A stretch of 64,000 nucleotides of DNA from Gemmataceae bacterium. GTDB lineage: Bacteria; Planctomycetota; Planctomycetia; Gemmatales; Gemmataceae. Below the pieces are notes generated by a model. That model saw nothing but the letters and a program-made list of their open reading frames with translations. It was not told the DNA's origin and made no database searches. The translations under genes were made by a program, and so were the position numbers. Positions within the stretch are counted from its first letter, which is position 1, and each line of letters opens with the position of its first letter. Shown here piece after piece: positions 1-9,228 of this stretch. The stretch is taken from NCBI GenBank assembly GCA_003136315.1, contig PLDW01000516.1:53086-117085 (forward strand), given 5' to 3'.

Positions 1-51
1 CCTAAATCAGCGCGTGCAGTGGCCAGGAGAAGCGGGTATTATGGGGCTAGC

Positions 52-146
52 GATATGTCCCAGGATAACTTCCCGATATCGGGTCGAACTCGGCCCGAAA
101 CCCCACTCGGAGGTGTCCACTTCGGGAAGTTATCCTGGGACATATC
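52..146. repeat. 25-bp perfect inverted repeat (52-76 / 122-146) with 45-bp spacer
   Basis: gatatgtcccaggataacttcccga at 52-76 is the exact reverse complement of 122-146; CTAG flanks both sides. Confidence 0.85.
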
Positions 147-152
147 CTAGGT

Positions 153-404
153 TTGTTCGACTCCATGAGGTCACCTATGCCAACCGAGACGCTGGATGTG
201 GAGGGGCTCCTTCGGACCTTGCAGGACCGCGGATGGCGGTGGAGCGGGGTCGACTCCGATCTGCTCTTGCACCCCGTCGACCATGATTTCTATCTCCGCT
301 ACGACCGCGCGGCCAACCGACTGACCCTCTCTCCCCGACTGAATGCTCATCTGGAGTTGATCATCCCCACCCCGCCCAGCAAGAGCAAGGTGTTCGTTCG
401 GTAG
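153..404 (+). CDS. small hypothetical protein (host side; true start may be ATG 165 or 177)
   Basis: 83-aa ORF with protein-like composition; no family recognised. Confidence 0.45.
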   Translation: MFDSMRSPMPTETLDVEGLLRTLQDRGWRWSGVDSDLLLHPVDHDFYLRYDRAANRLTLSPRLNAHLELIIPTPPSKSKVFVR

Positions 405-997
405 GATGGGATACCCGGCCCGACCCAGGACACGCACAGCAGACGAAATTCGTGGGAGCCGCTAACGCTCTGGCCTGTGGCACCAGCGGCCATAGTTCAA
501 GCCTAAGCGACTCGGCAGTTGAAACTTTACACCCTCGGGCGGTGGCACTTAGCCGACAGGGAATCGCCGAGCAACCCCGTCAAGTTTCAACTGCCGACCC
601 GCTTAGTGGCGATTTGGATGGTTTTCAGTGGAAAACGCGGCTATTGTCGGCGGTGAACCGAAACTACCGCATTTCGGCGATTTCTGAAGGGTCCGGGCCA
701 GGCCGACCGCCCGAGTTGCCGAAAATCCCCTGAAAACCATCCAAATAGGCACTTACTGAGGATTGCCCGGGAAATGTCCCCTTCCTGTGAACCAGAAGCT
801 GCTTTCCAGCAGTCCCACAGCGTGTAAGAGGTCTTTTCCCGCGCAATCCTCAGTAGGTGGAGTATCCTGGTTTCGACCCCCCCATTGGTGCGGAGCCGGT
901 AGATTGAGGGACCGGGTCCAAGGCAATGTGGGTGCCCAACTTGCTCAGAATTCACTGCGGTCGAGCCTGATCCGGTCTGAATCCCGGAGACCGACGG

Positions 998-1026
998 TTG
1001 ACGGGTTCGGGCTGAAGGTGTAGTTT
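998..1026 (+). promoter_or_regulatory. sigma70-type promoter of tRNA-His
   Basis: TTGACG (998-1003), 17-bp spacer, TAGTTT (1021-1026), ~45 bp upstream of the tRNA. Confidence 0.6.
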
Positions 1027-1072
1027 AACGAGAGTCCAAGTCGTTCTGTGCGGCCTGTTTCGGGTTCAAGAC

Positions 1073-1147
1073 GGTGGGTGTAGCTCAGCTGGTTAGAGCA
1101 CCAGATTGTGGATCTGGACGTCGCGGGTTCGAACCCCGTCACTCACC
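1073..1147 (+). tRNA. tRNA-His: tRNA-His (GUG), with G-1, CCA not encoded
   Basis: Cloverleaf: acceptor GTGGGTG/CACTCAC, D arm agctcagctggttagagc, anticodon arm ccaga-ttGTGga-tctgg, T loop ggttcgaacc; G-1:C73 pair typical of bacterial tRNA-His. Confidence 0.97.
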
Positions 1148-1151
1148 CTCA
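1104..1151 (+). repeat. attL core (tRNA-His 3' half)
   Basis: gattgtggatctggacgtcgcgggttcgaaccccgtcactcaccctca, identical to 61120-61167. Confidence 0.93.
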
Positions 1152-1155
1152 GTGC

Positions 1156-1189
1156 AAACCCCGCAAGAATAAGGACTTGCGGGGTTTTT
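1156..1189 (+). terminator. intrinsic terminator after tRNA-His
   Basis: 12-bp stem aaaccccgcaag / cttgcggggttt followed by T run. Confidence 0.8.
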
Positions 1190-1231
1190 CATTTCCAGAG
1201 TTCCATCGATTTTGGGCTGGGACGCATAGAA

Positions 1232-1360
1232 TTGGGGATAATTTGGGGATACCGCAAGGGTGACATTGCGGTCACGTTGCTGGGGACATTTGGGGACAAC
1301 CGGGTCCGGGCCGGAAGAGATCGCGAGGTCATGTCCCATCGCTGGGGATATTTGGGGATA
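1232..1360 (+). promoter_or_regulatory. three tandem pairs of TGGGGA(T/C)A motifs: likely integrase arm-type binding sites at attL
   Basis: ttggggataatttggggata 1232-1251, tggggacatttggggaca 1281-1298, tggggatatttggggata 1343-1360; the first is identical to 60969-60988 near attR. Confidence 0.75.
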
Positions 1361-1652
1361 ACGCTCTCGCTCGAAGGGTGCCTGTCTGGAGGCAGTCGGG
1401 GGTGACAAGACGGCTATCGATCACTCCTGGGCGGAGTCCAGATCAGGGAGGGGTGGCGGTAGGTCGTCTTCGCGAATCCAGATGGCGGTCTTGGACCGTA
1501 CCCCATCGCTGTATCGGCATCCTGAACAGCCACCTGAAACAGTGCCGCCCGCACTGCGGTCTATTCGGAAACCGCCCCAGGTCTTGGCCCGGCTCTGTCA
1601 GACAATCGAATTAGTATTCCTGGCAGGCACATCGCCGACATTCAGAGAACGG

Positions 1653-2225
1653 TCAGATTAGCTCCACAAACTGACGAAGGCGGGCAACAGCCTGGGTCAG
1701 TCCCTGGTTTTCGAGCGTGGCGAGTAATTCTTCGGCTGACTTGGGTGGGTTCCGCAACCCCTCCCGTTGGCGTTTGACTGCGGCACAGACCAGCCCCGGA
1801 GCCAGGTCGAACAGAGAAACCAGGAAGTCGTCCGGATGCTGCGCTTCGACATGGAACCGGGCCAGCGTGTCCGCCGGGAAGTCTTTCAGGTTGTAAGTCA
1901 CGATGACTTCAGCCCCCGCTCGTATCGCAGCGGCCAGGACATGGCGGTCGTCCGGATCGGGTAAGGTCAGGGAGTCGATCAGGTCTTCGTAGCCGTCCAC
2001 AAGGCAGTCACGTATGGCCTCGTTCATCAGCGTCCGGGTGCGTGCCAACCGCTCGGCGGAAACCTGCGAATTGTCCTTGAGGACATTGCGAACCCATTCG
2101 TCATGAATCGTTTCGGTCCACCTCGCTCGCACGAGCCCTGTTTGTGCAAGCCGGATGAAGAGGTCTCGCAGGGGGGCGGGGTAGAGGATGTTCGCGTCGT
2201 AGACTGCGGTGACGGGGTGCTCCAT
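1653..2225 (-). CDS. PIN-domain protein (putative type II toxin)
   Basis: N-terminal VYDANIL motif, DPDDRHVLAAA and VTYNLKDFP motifs of PIN_3-type proteins; start overlaps upstream stop. Confidence 0.88.
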   Translation of the reverse strand: MEHPVTAVYDANILYPAPLRDLFIRLAQTGLVRARWTETIHDEWVRNVLKDNSQVSAERLARTRTLMNEAIRDCLVDGYEDLIDSLTLPDPDDRHVLAAAIRAGAEVIVTYNLKDFPADTLARFHVEAQHPDDFLVSLFDLAPGLVCAAVKRQREGLRNPPKSAEELLATLENQGLTQAVARLRQFVELI

Positions 2226-2695
2226 CAGTAGCCCATCCCCAGTTCCTGGGCCTCGGCGGTAAGCTGGTCGAGCACCTTGGCCCTGGCATCGTCGTCCTTT
2301 CGCTTGAAGGCCATCAGGTCGTCAAACCGGACGCGACGGTATTTGCCGACGGTTCGACCGGGGAGTTTTCCTTCGTCCAGCAGCTTGACCATGTAGGGCC
2401 GTGAGACGTTCAGCAGGTCGGCAGCTTGCTGGGTGGTCAATTCGGCATGGGTGGGGATGAGGGTGACGGCGTTGCCCTGCGACATTTCGGTTAGAAGGTG
2501 CAGGAACAGTCGTAGCGCGGACTCTGGCACGTCAACCGTCTCAGCCGTTTCGCCATCGCCCTGAACCTGAATGCGGATGCTTGTCTTCCGACCCAGCTTG
2601 CTGGTGGCGAGACGTCGGCTCGATTCGCGGGCGAGCAGGGCATCGGCCTCGCTCGGCGCAACCGTCTCAAAATTATGGGGAATTAGTGCGGCCAT
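2225..2695 (-). CDS. excisionase-family HTH DNA-binding protein (putative antitoxin of the PIN toxin)
   Basis: ELTTQQAADLLNVSRPYMVKLLDEGKLP...GKYRRV, HTH_17-like; coupled to PIN gene. Confidence 0.85.
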   Translation of the reverse strand: MAALIPHNFETVAPSEADALLARESSRRLATSKLGRKTSIRIQVQGDGETAETVDVPESALRLFLHLLTEMSQGNAVTLIPTHAELTTQQAADLLNVSRPYMVKLLDEGKLPGRTVGKYRRVRFDDLMAFKRKDDDARAKVLDQLTAEAQELGMGY

Positions 2696-2794
2696 TGGAA
2701 TCTTCCTCCTATCTCGTTACAAGTGTATTCTACCACGGACTCGAAACAGACGCAATGCTCGAATTTCTCGAAACGGACAGAACGGCGAGGTGCC

Positions 2795-3263
2795 GCTGCT
2801 CGATGGTGAGGCGGCGTTCGTCGGCAGGAAGTTCGAGGAAACAGAGCCTCATGTGGTCCCCTCAGCCAGCTCGCGGAAAATCGGGTGCATCCATGCGGGG
2901 GCGAGCCGCAAGCCCTTGATGAGTTCTCGCCGTTTCTCGGCCGGGAGGGTCCGCTTCAGGTGGTCCCGCCGCTCCGGGGTTATATGTTCTTCGCCGAGTT
3001 CCCGAAGGGCCTGAATCAGCAGGCCGCTCAACCGTCCGGCCGCCTCCATGTTCCTCGTGGTTGTTCGCCTCAATTGAATCGTGATGGGGCCGATCTCGAC
3101 CGTGCGGGCTGGGCCATCGGTCAGGAACACCGCCTTCGCTGGCACTTGCTCGGATAGACCCAGGGCATTTGCCGTATAGGCTCCCGCGGGTTGCAGGCGA
3201 GTGCGGTCGCGACCTGCCAATGCACGGGCAATCGCCTCGGCAGACGGTGACAACGGCCCCAGT
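2795..3263 (-). pseudogene. C-terminal part of a DUF6088/AbiEi-type antitoxin plus first ~19 codons of an AbiEii-type toxin
   Basis: LLGPLSPSAEAIARALAG...GAYTANALGLSEQVPAKAVFLTDGP lacks the N-terminal wHTH; the stop overlaps (ATGA) an ORF start MRLCFLELPADERRLTIEQ that then loses similarity. Confidence 0.75.
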
Positions 3264-3377
3264 AGTGCCCGGTTTAGTGCCCCCAGCGGCTGATTGTTCC
3301 AGCCAACGAGGCCGAACCTGTATCGCTGCCCCCAAGAACATTCTGTTTTCTTGCTGTGGCAGTGCCGTCCTGATCCC
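3264..3377 (+). repeat. diverged ~114-bp direct repeat, copy 1 (three AGTGCC motifs)
   Basis: First 20 bp agtgcccggtttagtgcccc identical to 14997-15016; similarity continues to gatccc at 3377 / 15111. Confidence 0.85.
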
Positions 3378-3403
3378 TGTTGCTTTGGATGCAGCGCCAG
3401 CAG

Positions 3404-5410
3404 TCAATCAGTTGGTGCGAGTCCATGAGGTGGCGTTAAAAGTCGATCTGTGGGGATATGTGGGCCAACGATACTCAGAAGTGCCCGTTCGATACCAGAT
3501 CCTGGATTTCGAGCTGTCAGGATGTTTCCGGCGACGACACATGTCATCGACAGCAGGTCCACCAAGCCAAGAGAATGGGCTTCAGCCACTTTGAGCGCGG
3601 CTTCCCGCACTTTCACCGCAGTGCGAACGGCTAGCCCAGTCAACGGAGAAGCCGCTATCGCAGGATGCACTTTCAGAATGTCCTCCGCAGTGGTGCCATC
3701 GATGTAAATCGCTTTAAGGATTTCCTGCATCGTGCGCTCGTCGACAAGCATTCTCATCGCTGCTGACCTCACGATAGCATCGAGCCTTACCAAATCCTCC
3801 AGAGGATGTCCGGGGCCGCTATAGGCAAAATCGATGAACGCTGGACTTCGATCCAGCACCAGGATATTACGGCCGTGGATGTCGCCGTGAATCACCCCAC
3901 GGGCGGCGTTAGGCTCAAGGACTGTCATCGCATTTGCAACCAGCTCCGATAACTTCATGGGATGCCAATCCTGATCGATTATTTCAAAATCGATCCCATG
4001 CTGGGCGATACTGCGAATGGGCCAATTCAGCCAAAAAGTCCCCGTGTCCAAGGTGCGGTTAGGGCGAGAATTAAGATCAACCAGACGAGCGACTATACGC
4101 GATAAAGCCACAAACATGTCGTTAGATTTTTGCAAGGTCTGGTCGATTGAGACTAAGGAATTCCACTCTGACATTCGCAACTGTTCTAAACAGTCCTCCA
4201 GCGTGGGAGCTGGGGCGGCATTGCCATCAGGCGTTGCTTGCAAACGGTATGAAATCGCAGCACTACCCACATGGGAGTGGAAGGCAGGATCGGTAATGCT
4301 TGGTTCCCAGTTCTGAACCCATTTTCTGTACTTCTGAAGCTCTGATGAAAGTAATTCTGTTTCCCCAACCTTGGCCACAAAGGGCTGCGTTGTTCCGTCG
4401 CTCAACATAAATACGCGGGCTCCCGATTGCCCGCCCGCAAGTTCCCTCGTTCCTAACTTGCGAATACGAAGAGGATGGTCAGGATGCCTCCGGTTGGCTG
4501 CAATAAGGCGAAGCAGAGAGGCATCCGACTCGGAAAGGCCCAGTGGGAAAAAATCCGCTGCGTCAGCGTCCTCTTGAAATTGTGCAATCGACAGAAGAGT
4601 CGTGATGTCGGCCGGCGTCAGGTCACAGTCCAGCCCGTGGCAAAATTTCTCTCCGTCGAGTATTCCGCATCTGAAAGCGGCAGCATTTTTAGCAAAGGTC
4701 TCAGCATTCGCTGAGCTCAGTCCGTCTATCGACACGCGGACAAACAGAAATGTCGAATATTCGCAAAGTCGGCGAAGAGTGCGTTTCTGGTCGGTTTGAT
4801 TAACGTGCTCCCAAGCTGAAGCGCCTATGACAAAGCCACACAGACCAGTGATCGCAAGCTCCCAAAGTTGCTCAATGGTAGGAATCTGGAGTGGGGCGAT
4901 ATTGGCATTTGCCAACATTGATTTATTTCGCACATGCTCATCTGACGTTCCAATCAGTGCAACTGCACGGAACCTATCCGACTTTGGCGACTGAGTCATG
5001 CTTCCGCCTGACTCTTCGTGGTGAGGTGTACTCGGTTTTACAACAGGGGACGTGGACTGAGGCTGCTGCGGCCTCGCAGGTATCTGGAAAGCAAGATGCC
5101 GTAACTCGGGAGGTAAAAGAGTGCGGACGGCATTGAGTGCATCTGGTGATGTGCCCCGTAGAATTACCGCGATGGTTTCCAGGGAGGGAGGGTCATCCGC
5201 TACGATAGCAGAAACGACAAGCCGGAACCGGCGGTCGAATTCACGGCGCGTGATGCCAGGCTGTTCCTGAAGCCTTCGGACAAGCTGTCCGATGAGTGCT
5301 GGTTTATTTCGCACTTCGAATGCGACTCGCCGAAGCCGGTGCAGCGCACGATCAAACGTGCCCGTATCGATTTCCAGCAAATCTTGATCCCATTCAAAAG
5401 CCTGAGCCAT
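3404..5410 (-). CDS. kinase (APH/TCAD9-like phosphotransferase) with N-terminal helical and receiver-like regions
   Basis: ELAGGQSGARVF glycine loop, FVAKVG lysine, HGDIHGRNILV catalytic loop, FIDFA metal-binding motif. Confidence 0.8.
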   Translation of the reverse strand: MAQAFEWDQDLLEIDTGTFDRALHRLRRVAFEVRNKPALIGQLVRRLQEQPGITRREFDRRFRLVVSAIVADDPPSLETIAVILRGTSPDALNAVRTLLPPELRHLAFQIPARPQQPQSTSPVVKPSTPHHEESGGSMTQSPKSDRFRAVALIGTSDEHVRNKSMLANANIAPLQIPTIEQLWELAITGLCGFVIGASAWEHVNQTDQKRTLRRLCEYSTFLFVRVSIDGLSSANAETFAKNAAAFRCGILDGEKFCHGLDCDLTPADITTLLSIAQFQEDADAADFFPLGLSESDASLLRLIAANRRHPDHPLRIRKLGTRELAGGQSGARVFMLSDGTTQPFVAKVGETELLSSELQKYRKWVQNWEPSITDPAFHSHVGSAAISYRLQATPDGNAAPAPTLEDCLEQLRMSEWNSLVSIDQTLQKSNDMFVALSRIVARLVDLNSRPNRTLDTGTFWLNWPIRSIAQHGIDFEIIDQDWHPMKLSELVANAMTVLEPNAARGVIHGDIHGRNILVLDRSPAFIDFAYSGPGHPLEDLVRLDAIVRSAAMRMLVDERTMQEILKAIYIDGTTAEDILKVHPAIAASPLTGLAVRTAVKVREAALKVAEAHSLGLVDLLSMTCVVAGNILTARNPGSGIERALLSIVGPHIPTDRLLTPPHGLAPTD

Positions 5411-5416
5411 GAAGTC

Positions 5417-7321
5417 TTACCGGCCTGAGAAACCGTATTTTGCTTGACGACTCTTAAAGGCATCCTCTCCACCTTCAAGCAGCTTGATGATGGACTCTTT
5501 CATCGCATCCACCGAGCCGGACTCGCAGGGCAAGGCTTTCCGGGGGCCATCCATGTCCATGACGGTCACACACTCCGCTTCCCCCAGGACGGGGATATTG
5601 GCGTTGTGTGTGACAAAAATGAGCTGACGCCGTTGGCTGAGGACTTTTAAGCGTTCAATTAGTTTCTCCGACACGAATGCATTGTCGAGATCGTCTTCGG
5701 GCTGGTCTACGACGAGGGGATAGTCTGCCTCCCGCAGGATGAGGGGAAGCAATGCCGTTGCCATTTGCCCCTTGGAGAGATGTTCTATTGACCTGGCCTC
5801 TCCCCGAACCATCATGGTGATTTCAAGATTGTCCTCAGGAACAATGGCTTCCAGTTCGTAAAGCCGGATGTTGTCGAGAAGATGACTAACCAGCCTCGTC
5901 ATCTGGCCAAGATCCCTGCTTAAGGTTTCCGAAAGACGCTTCGAATCGCTACCTTCGATGATATCAATCAGGTCGGAGGGGCGAACTTTTTCCGCGAGGT
6001 CGCGAGCCACGTCTGCCTGGTTGCGCAAGTTCGACTTTTGGAGCAACTCCTCAATCAATTTCCGATGCGCTGCGGTAAGTACACCTTGTTCCAGCGTCAG
6101 GACAATTTGCTCGCCGAATTCAGAATTGATTTTCTCAACTTGCGCAAAACGCAGTGAATAGAGTTCATCGGCTAGCGCGTCACGTTGACCGCGCAAGTCC
6201 CGCCTACGTGCTAATTCCTTCGCATATTGTGCTCTCTGTTCATCAAGTTCTGCTGCGACGGACTCCATTGCCGCGACAGCCTGCCGGAGCGATTCCTCCG
6301 TTTTCAGCGCATCATTTACACTTTGCTGGTCTTTGCGAAGCTCGTAGTATTTCGCATTCATTGCTTCGAACTCGGAGCCAACCTGCGCCAAGGTCTCTTC
6401 CAGTGTCACTGGCTTCTCGACAATGGTACGGAAAGCAGGAAAACCGGCGACAAACGCCTCCATTGAGGAAGCAATGATAGCCGACCCCGAGGTTTTCAGC
6501 CCTTGGGCGAACGTGGCAGCCTCGCGCAGAGCTGCCTCTTCGGCAAGCATGGTACGCGCGGCGGTTGAAGCACGACCATAGGACTGGACTGCTACCTTCA
6601 GTCGCTCGAAAGCCTGGCGGCGCTCGTTGTAGGCGACCCGTTCAGCTTCAAGCTCTGGGGAGAGGTTTGGTCGACTCGATTGCAGTTCGCTGAGTTGTTT
6701 CCGGGATGGCTCAAGGGACTGTACCTTGGCTTGCCGTGATTCGATCTCGGTGCGGCGTTGGCGCATCTTCGGGCCGAGGGTCTTCAACTCCTCGGTTAAA
6801 TTCTTCATCCGGCTTTGTATGTCCTCAACCCGTTTCTGGTTTGGCCGGTCGATGAGTGCAAGCCGGCGATCTGGCCGTTCAGCAATGGTTTGCAGGTCGC
6901 CCTGTGAGAAAATCTCGATGCGATGGAGCACTGAGACATCGTCGATTTGCTGTACACCGTCCCGATAAACCCTCGAGTTCGCTGGAATGTTCCGTTCGAC
7001 AACATACTTGGACTGGGAGGGATCATCGGCAGCGGCTATGGTGCATTTTGCTGTTCCGCCTGCAAGCGTTTCCAAAAGGAAACCTGCTCTTGCCAACGCG
7101 CTGATCCCGCCCGTAGATTGGGAATTGGCCGACGAAACCATCGTTTGAATCTTCAATTGATCGCAATCGAAGACAAACCGGATAGTCTCAACGATCGTCG
7201 ATTTGCACGTCCCTCGTGCCCCGATGATGCAGTTAAGGCCAGGAGCAAACTCGATCGGACACGCCTGGAGGTAGCCACTGGTGGTTGTAAGCCGCTGTAA
7301 AGTCCATCTCATGCAATGCAC
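5417..7321 (-). CDS. SMC/Rad50-like AAA ATPase with long coiled coil (TrlF-like ATPase, no PHP domain)
   Basis: Walker A GARGTCKST, coiled coil, signature LSKGQ, Walker B/D-loop VVDQPEDDLD, H-loop VTHNAN. Confidence 0.88.
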   Translation of the reverse strand: MHCMRWTLQRLTTTSGYLQACPIEFAPGLNCIIGARGTCKSTIVETIRFVFDCDQLKIQTMVSSANSQSTGGISALARAGFLLETLAGGTAKCTIAAADDPSQSKYVVERNIPANSRVYRDGVQQIDDVSVLHRIEIFSQGDLQTIAERPDRRLALIDRPNQKRVEDIQSRMKNLTEELKTLGPKMRQRRTEIESRQAKVQSLEPSRKQLSELQSSRPNLSPELEAERVAYNERRQAFERLKVAVQSYGRASTAARTMLAEEAALREAATFAQGLKTSGSAIIASSMEAFVAGFPAFRTIVEKPVTLEETLAQVGSEFEAMNAKYYELRKDQQSVNDALKTEESLRQAVAAMESVAAELDEQRAQYAKELARRRDLRGQRDALADELYSLRFAQVEKINSEFGEQIVLTLEQGVLTAAHRKLIEELLQKSNLRNQADVARDLAEKVRPSDLIDIIEGSDSKRLSETLSRDLGQMTRLVSHLLDNIRLYELEAIVPEDNLEITMMVRGEARSIEHLSKGQMATALLPLILREADYPLVVDQPEDDLDNAFVSEKLIERLKVLSQRRQLIFVTHNANIPVLGEAECVTVMDMDGPRKALPCESGSVDAMKESIIKLLEGGEDAFKSRQAKYGFSGR

Positions 7322-7397
7322 CTCACAAACTAGAGTGAATCGAACGATATGCCAGCATCGTTCGATGTGGCGAATAGATCACTATCCAAGTAACGAG

Positions 7398-7820
7398 TCA
7401 TTTCTTTCCCTTCCGCATTCTTATGAAAGCTAAATATTTCAGTAGTTCATCTTCTTCTTCCGGAGTGAGTTGTTCTGATGCAAACGTGGGCAGACGGGAA
7501 CTTTTCTTGGACTTGGATTTGGCCGAGTCAACCGGCCGGATGTGTCCAGCAAGCTCCATCATTTTCTCATACGAGCACGAGATTGATGCATTCTTTGGCA
7601 GATACGTTTCATATACAGTTGATATTTCATGAAGGATCGCGGGCGAAGGGGTAGAGATTCGCCCAGTTTCGAGCTGGCTTAAGTAGGCATTGGATACTTT
7701 TCGTTCTGATGCTTCTTCTACCTCGCGCAAAGTCATATTGGCAGCCTTTCGGAGATCCCAGAGATATTGGCCCAGCGGCCCGCGCTCGGCTGGGGACAGG
7801 ATTGGGGTTTGCACGCTCAC
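7398..7820 (-). CDS. XRE-family HTH transcriptional regulator
   Basis: LRKAANMTLREVEEAS..VSNAYLSQLETG HTH_3 pattern; GTG start with GAGGAGG RBS. Confidence 0.9.
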   Translation of the reverse strand: MSVQTPILSPAERGPLGQYLWDLRKAANMTLREVEEASERKVSNAYLSQLETGRISTPSPAILHEISTVYETYLPKNASISCSYEKMMELAGHIRPVDSAKSKSKKSSRLPTFASEQLTPEEEDELLKYLAFIRMRKGKK

Positions 7821-7907
7821 GGTAAAGCCTCCTCATTTTAGGCTACTTTACTCTACCCGCTTACAAAATCAAGCGTGCTCAGCATTTGCGTTGTGAAATT
7901 TGCGTGC

Positions 7908-7935
7908 TTGACAGACTTAGCAGGCGCGGTATACT
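7908..7935 (+). promoter_or_regulatory. sigma70-type promoter of the Ubl operon, in a divergent intergenic region
   Basis: TTGACA 7908-7913, 16-bp spacer, TATACT 7930-7935; gcgtgct repeated at 7873 and 7902. Confidence 0.7.
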
Positions 7936-7990
7936 CACGTTGTCGAAATTCGACAGCTACTTAACCGCATTTTGAACAGGAGGTGCTCCG

Positions 7991-8719
7991 ATGGGTACTG
8001 AAACTCAGATCGTTGATGAACGCGAGCCGCGAGAGCTGCTGATCAACGTGGATGGCGATGACTTCCCCGTCCACGATCCTGTGGTGAGCGGACGCCGTGT
8101 GCTTGAGGTGGCAGGAAAGCTACCACCCGATGACTTCATCGTTTACTGGCTCGGCAGGGACAACGTGTTGCAGGATCTCGGCCTTGACCGCACGGTTCAC
8201 ATCCACGAGCAGCATGTCGAGCAGTTCCTGACTTTCGACAGCGATCGGTCTTACCGGTTCGAGATCGACGGAAAACGGGAAGACTGGGGATGCCCAACGA
8301 TCACAGAAGCGACGTTGCGAAAGCTGGCTGGCGTTGGCGAGGACTTTCGAGTGTGGCTTGAACGCAAGGGTGAACCAGCTCTCCTGATACCCCGCGGCAG
8401 TTCGGTCGACCTTGCGGCACCAGGGATCGAGCGATTCTACACCGAACGCATCTATTCAGTGGAAATCGTCAACGAAAACAACGGTGATGAATTTCGCCTG
8501 GAAGCCTACAAGCGCACCAAGATCGAGACGATCATCGGGGAAATGTACACCAGGCTCGGCGTTCCCCGTCGTCCCGATGACCGGCTCCGGTGCGAGAAAA
8601 CCGGGGAAGACGTCTTTGGGTTCGCCCAGCTCACCCTCGGGAAGTATCTGGAGGAAGGACATTGCCATTGCCTCGTCTGGTGCTTCGTTGGGGGCACCGG
8701 AGGTGCGTCATGCCGGTGA
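7991..8719 (+). CDS. bilA: multi-ubiquitin protein with three ubiquitin-like domains (BilA-like)
   Basis: Two Multi_ubiq-type repeats (INVDG..VVSGRRVLEVAG; FEIDG..TITEATLRKLAG) plus a third beta-grasp ending FVGGTGG-ASCR; AGGAGG RBS. Confidence 0.82.
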   Translation: MGTETQIVDEREPRELLINVDGDDFPVHDPVVSGRRVLEVAGKLPPDDFIVYWLGRDNVLQDLGLDRTVHIHEQHVEQFLTFDSDRSYRFEIDGKREDWGCPTITEATLRKLAGVGEDFRVWLERKGEPALLIPRGSSVDLAAPGIERFYTERIYSVEIVNENNGDEFRLEAYKRTKIETIIGEMYTRLGVPRRPDDRLRCEKTGEDVFGFAQLTLGKYLEEGHCHCLVWCFVGGTGGASCR

Positions 8720-9228
8720 GAACCCTCGCGCTGGCCGATCCCCAAATTGCGGCCGCGACATTCAAAGATCACCTTGACCGGCTCTGGCGCAATGGTCGCC
8801 CGGACCGGTTTGGCTGGGTCCGTAAAGATGTTGACAGTCTCCATACCCTCGTGACGCTCCCCGCCGAACGACCCACGGGCGAAAAGGATACCTATCACTT
8901 CCGGCTGGGCGCTGAATATTATGATGCAGCCCCTCCTACCGTGGCTCTCGTTCAACCGGATGGCTCGACACACACGGTTGGTGGTTCCCGATGGTTTCCA
9001 GTCCTGGAATCCCTGCCCGGATGGTTCGGGCTCCACGAGCACTACACGTGGCCAAACGGCACGCGGAGACAGCTTATCTGCTTCACCCTCTCGGCTGAGT
9101 TCTACATGACGGATCATTCGCCGAAAGAGTCGGAAGTCTGGAAACAAGGGCAGCACACGGTGGCGGCGACCCTCAACCGTCTGGCTGAGATATTGTCGCC
9201 CAAATACTACCGGAGACCTGCGGGATGA
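8710..9228 (+). CDS. bilB: E2-like ubiquitin-conjugating protein (BilB-like)
   Basis: YDAAPPTVALV E2 strand-turn motif and LICFTLSAEFY..H with candidate catalytic Cys; lies between Ubl and JAB; ATG at 8710 overlaps Ubl end. Confidence 0.75.
   Translation: MPVRTLALADPQIAAATFKDHLDRLWRNGRPDRFGWVRKDVDSLHTLVTLPAERPTGEKDTYHFRLGAEYYDAAPPTVALVQPDGSTHTVGGSRWFPVLESLPGWFGLHEHYTWPNGTRRQLICFTLSAEFYMTDHSPKESEVWKQGQHTVAATLNRLAEILSPKYYRRPAG

Noticed and set aside
1232-1360. CRISPR or iteron array
   Set aside because: Units are 8-9 bp in pairs with irregular gaps, no cas or rep gene is present, and the motif recurs at the integrase end.
2225-2695. The island's excisionase
   Set aside because: This HTH type is coupled to a PIN gene as a TA-like pair; the better directionality-factor candidate is 59355-59621 beside the integrase.
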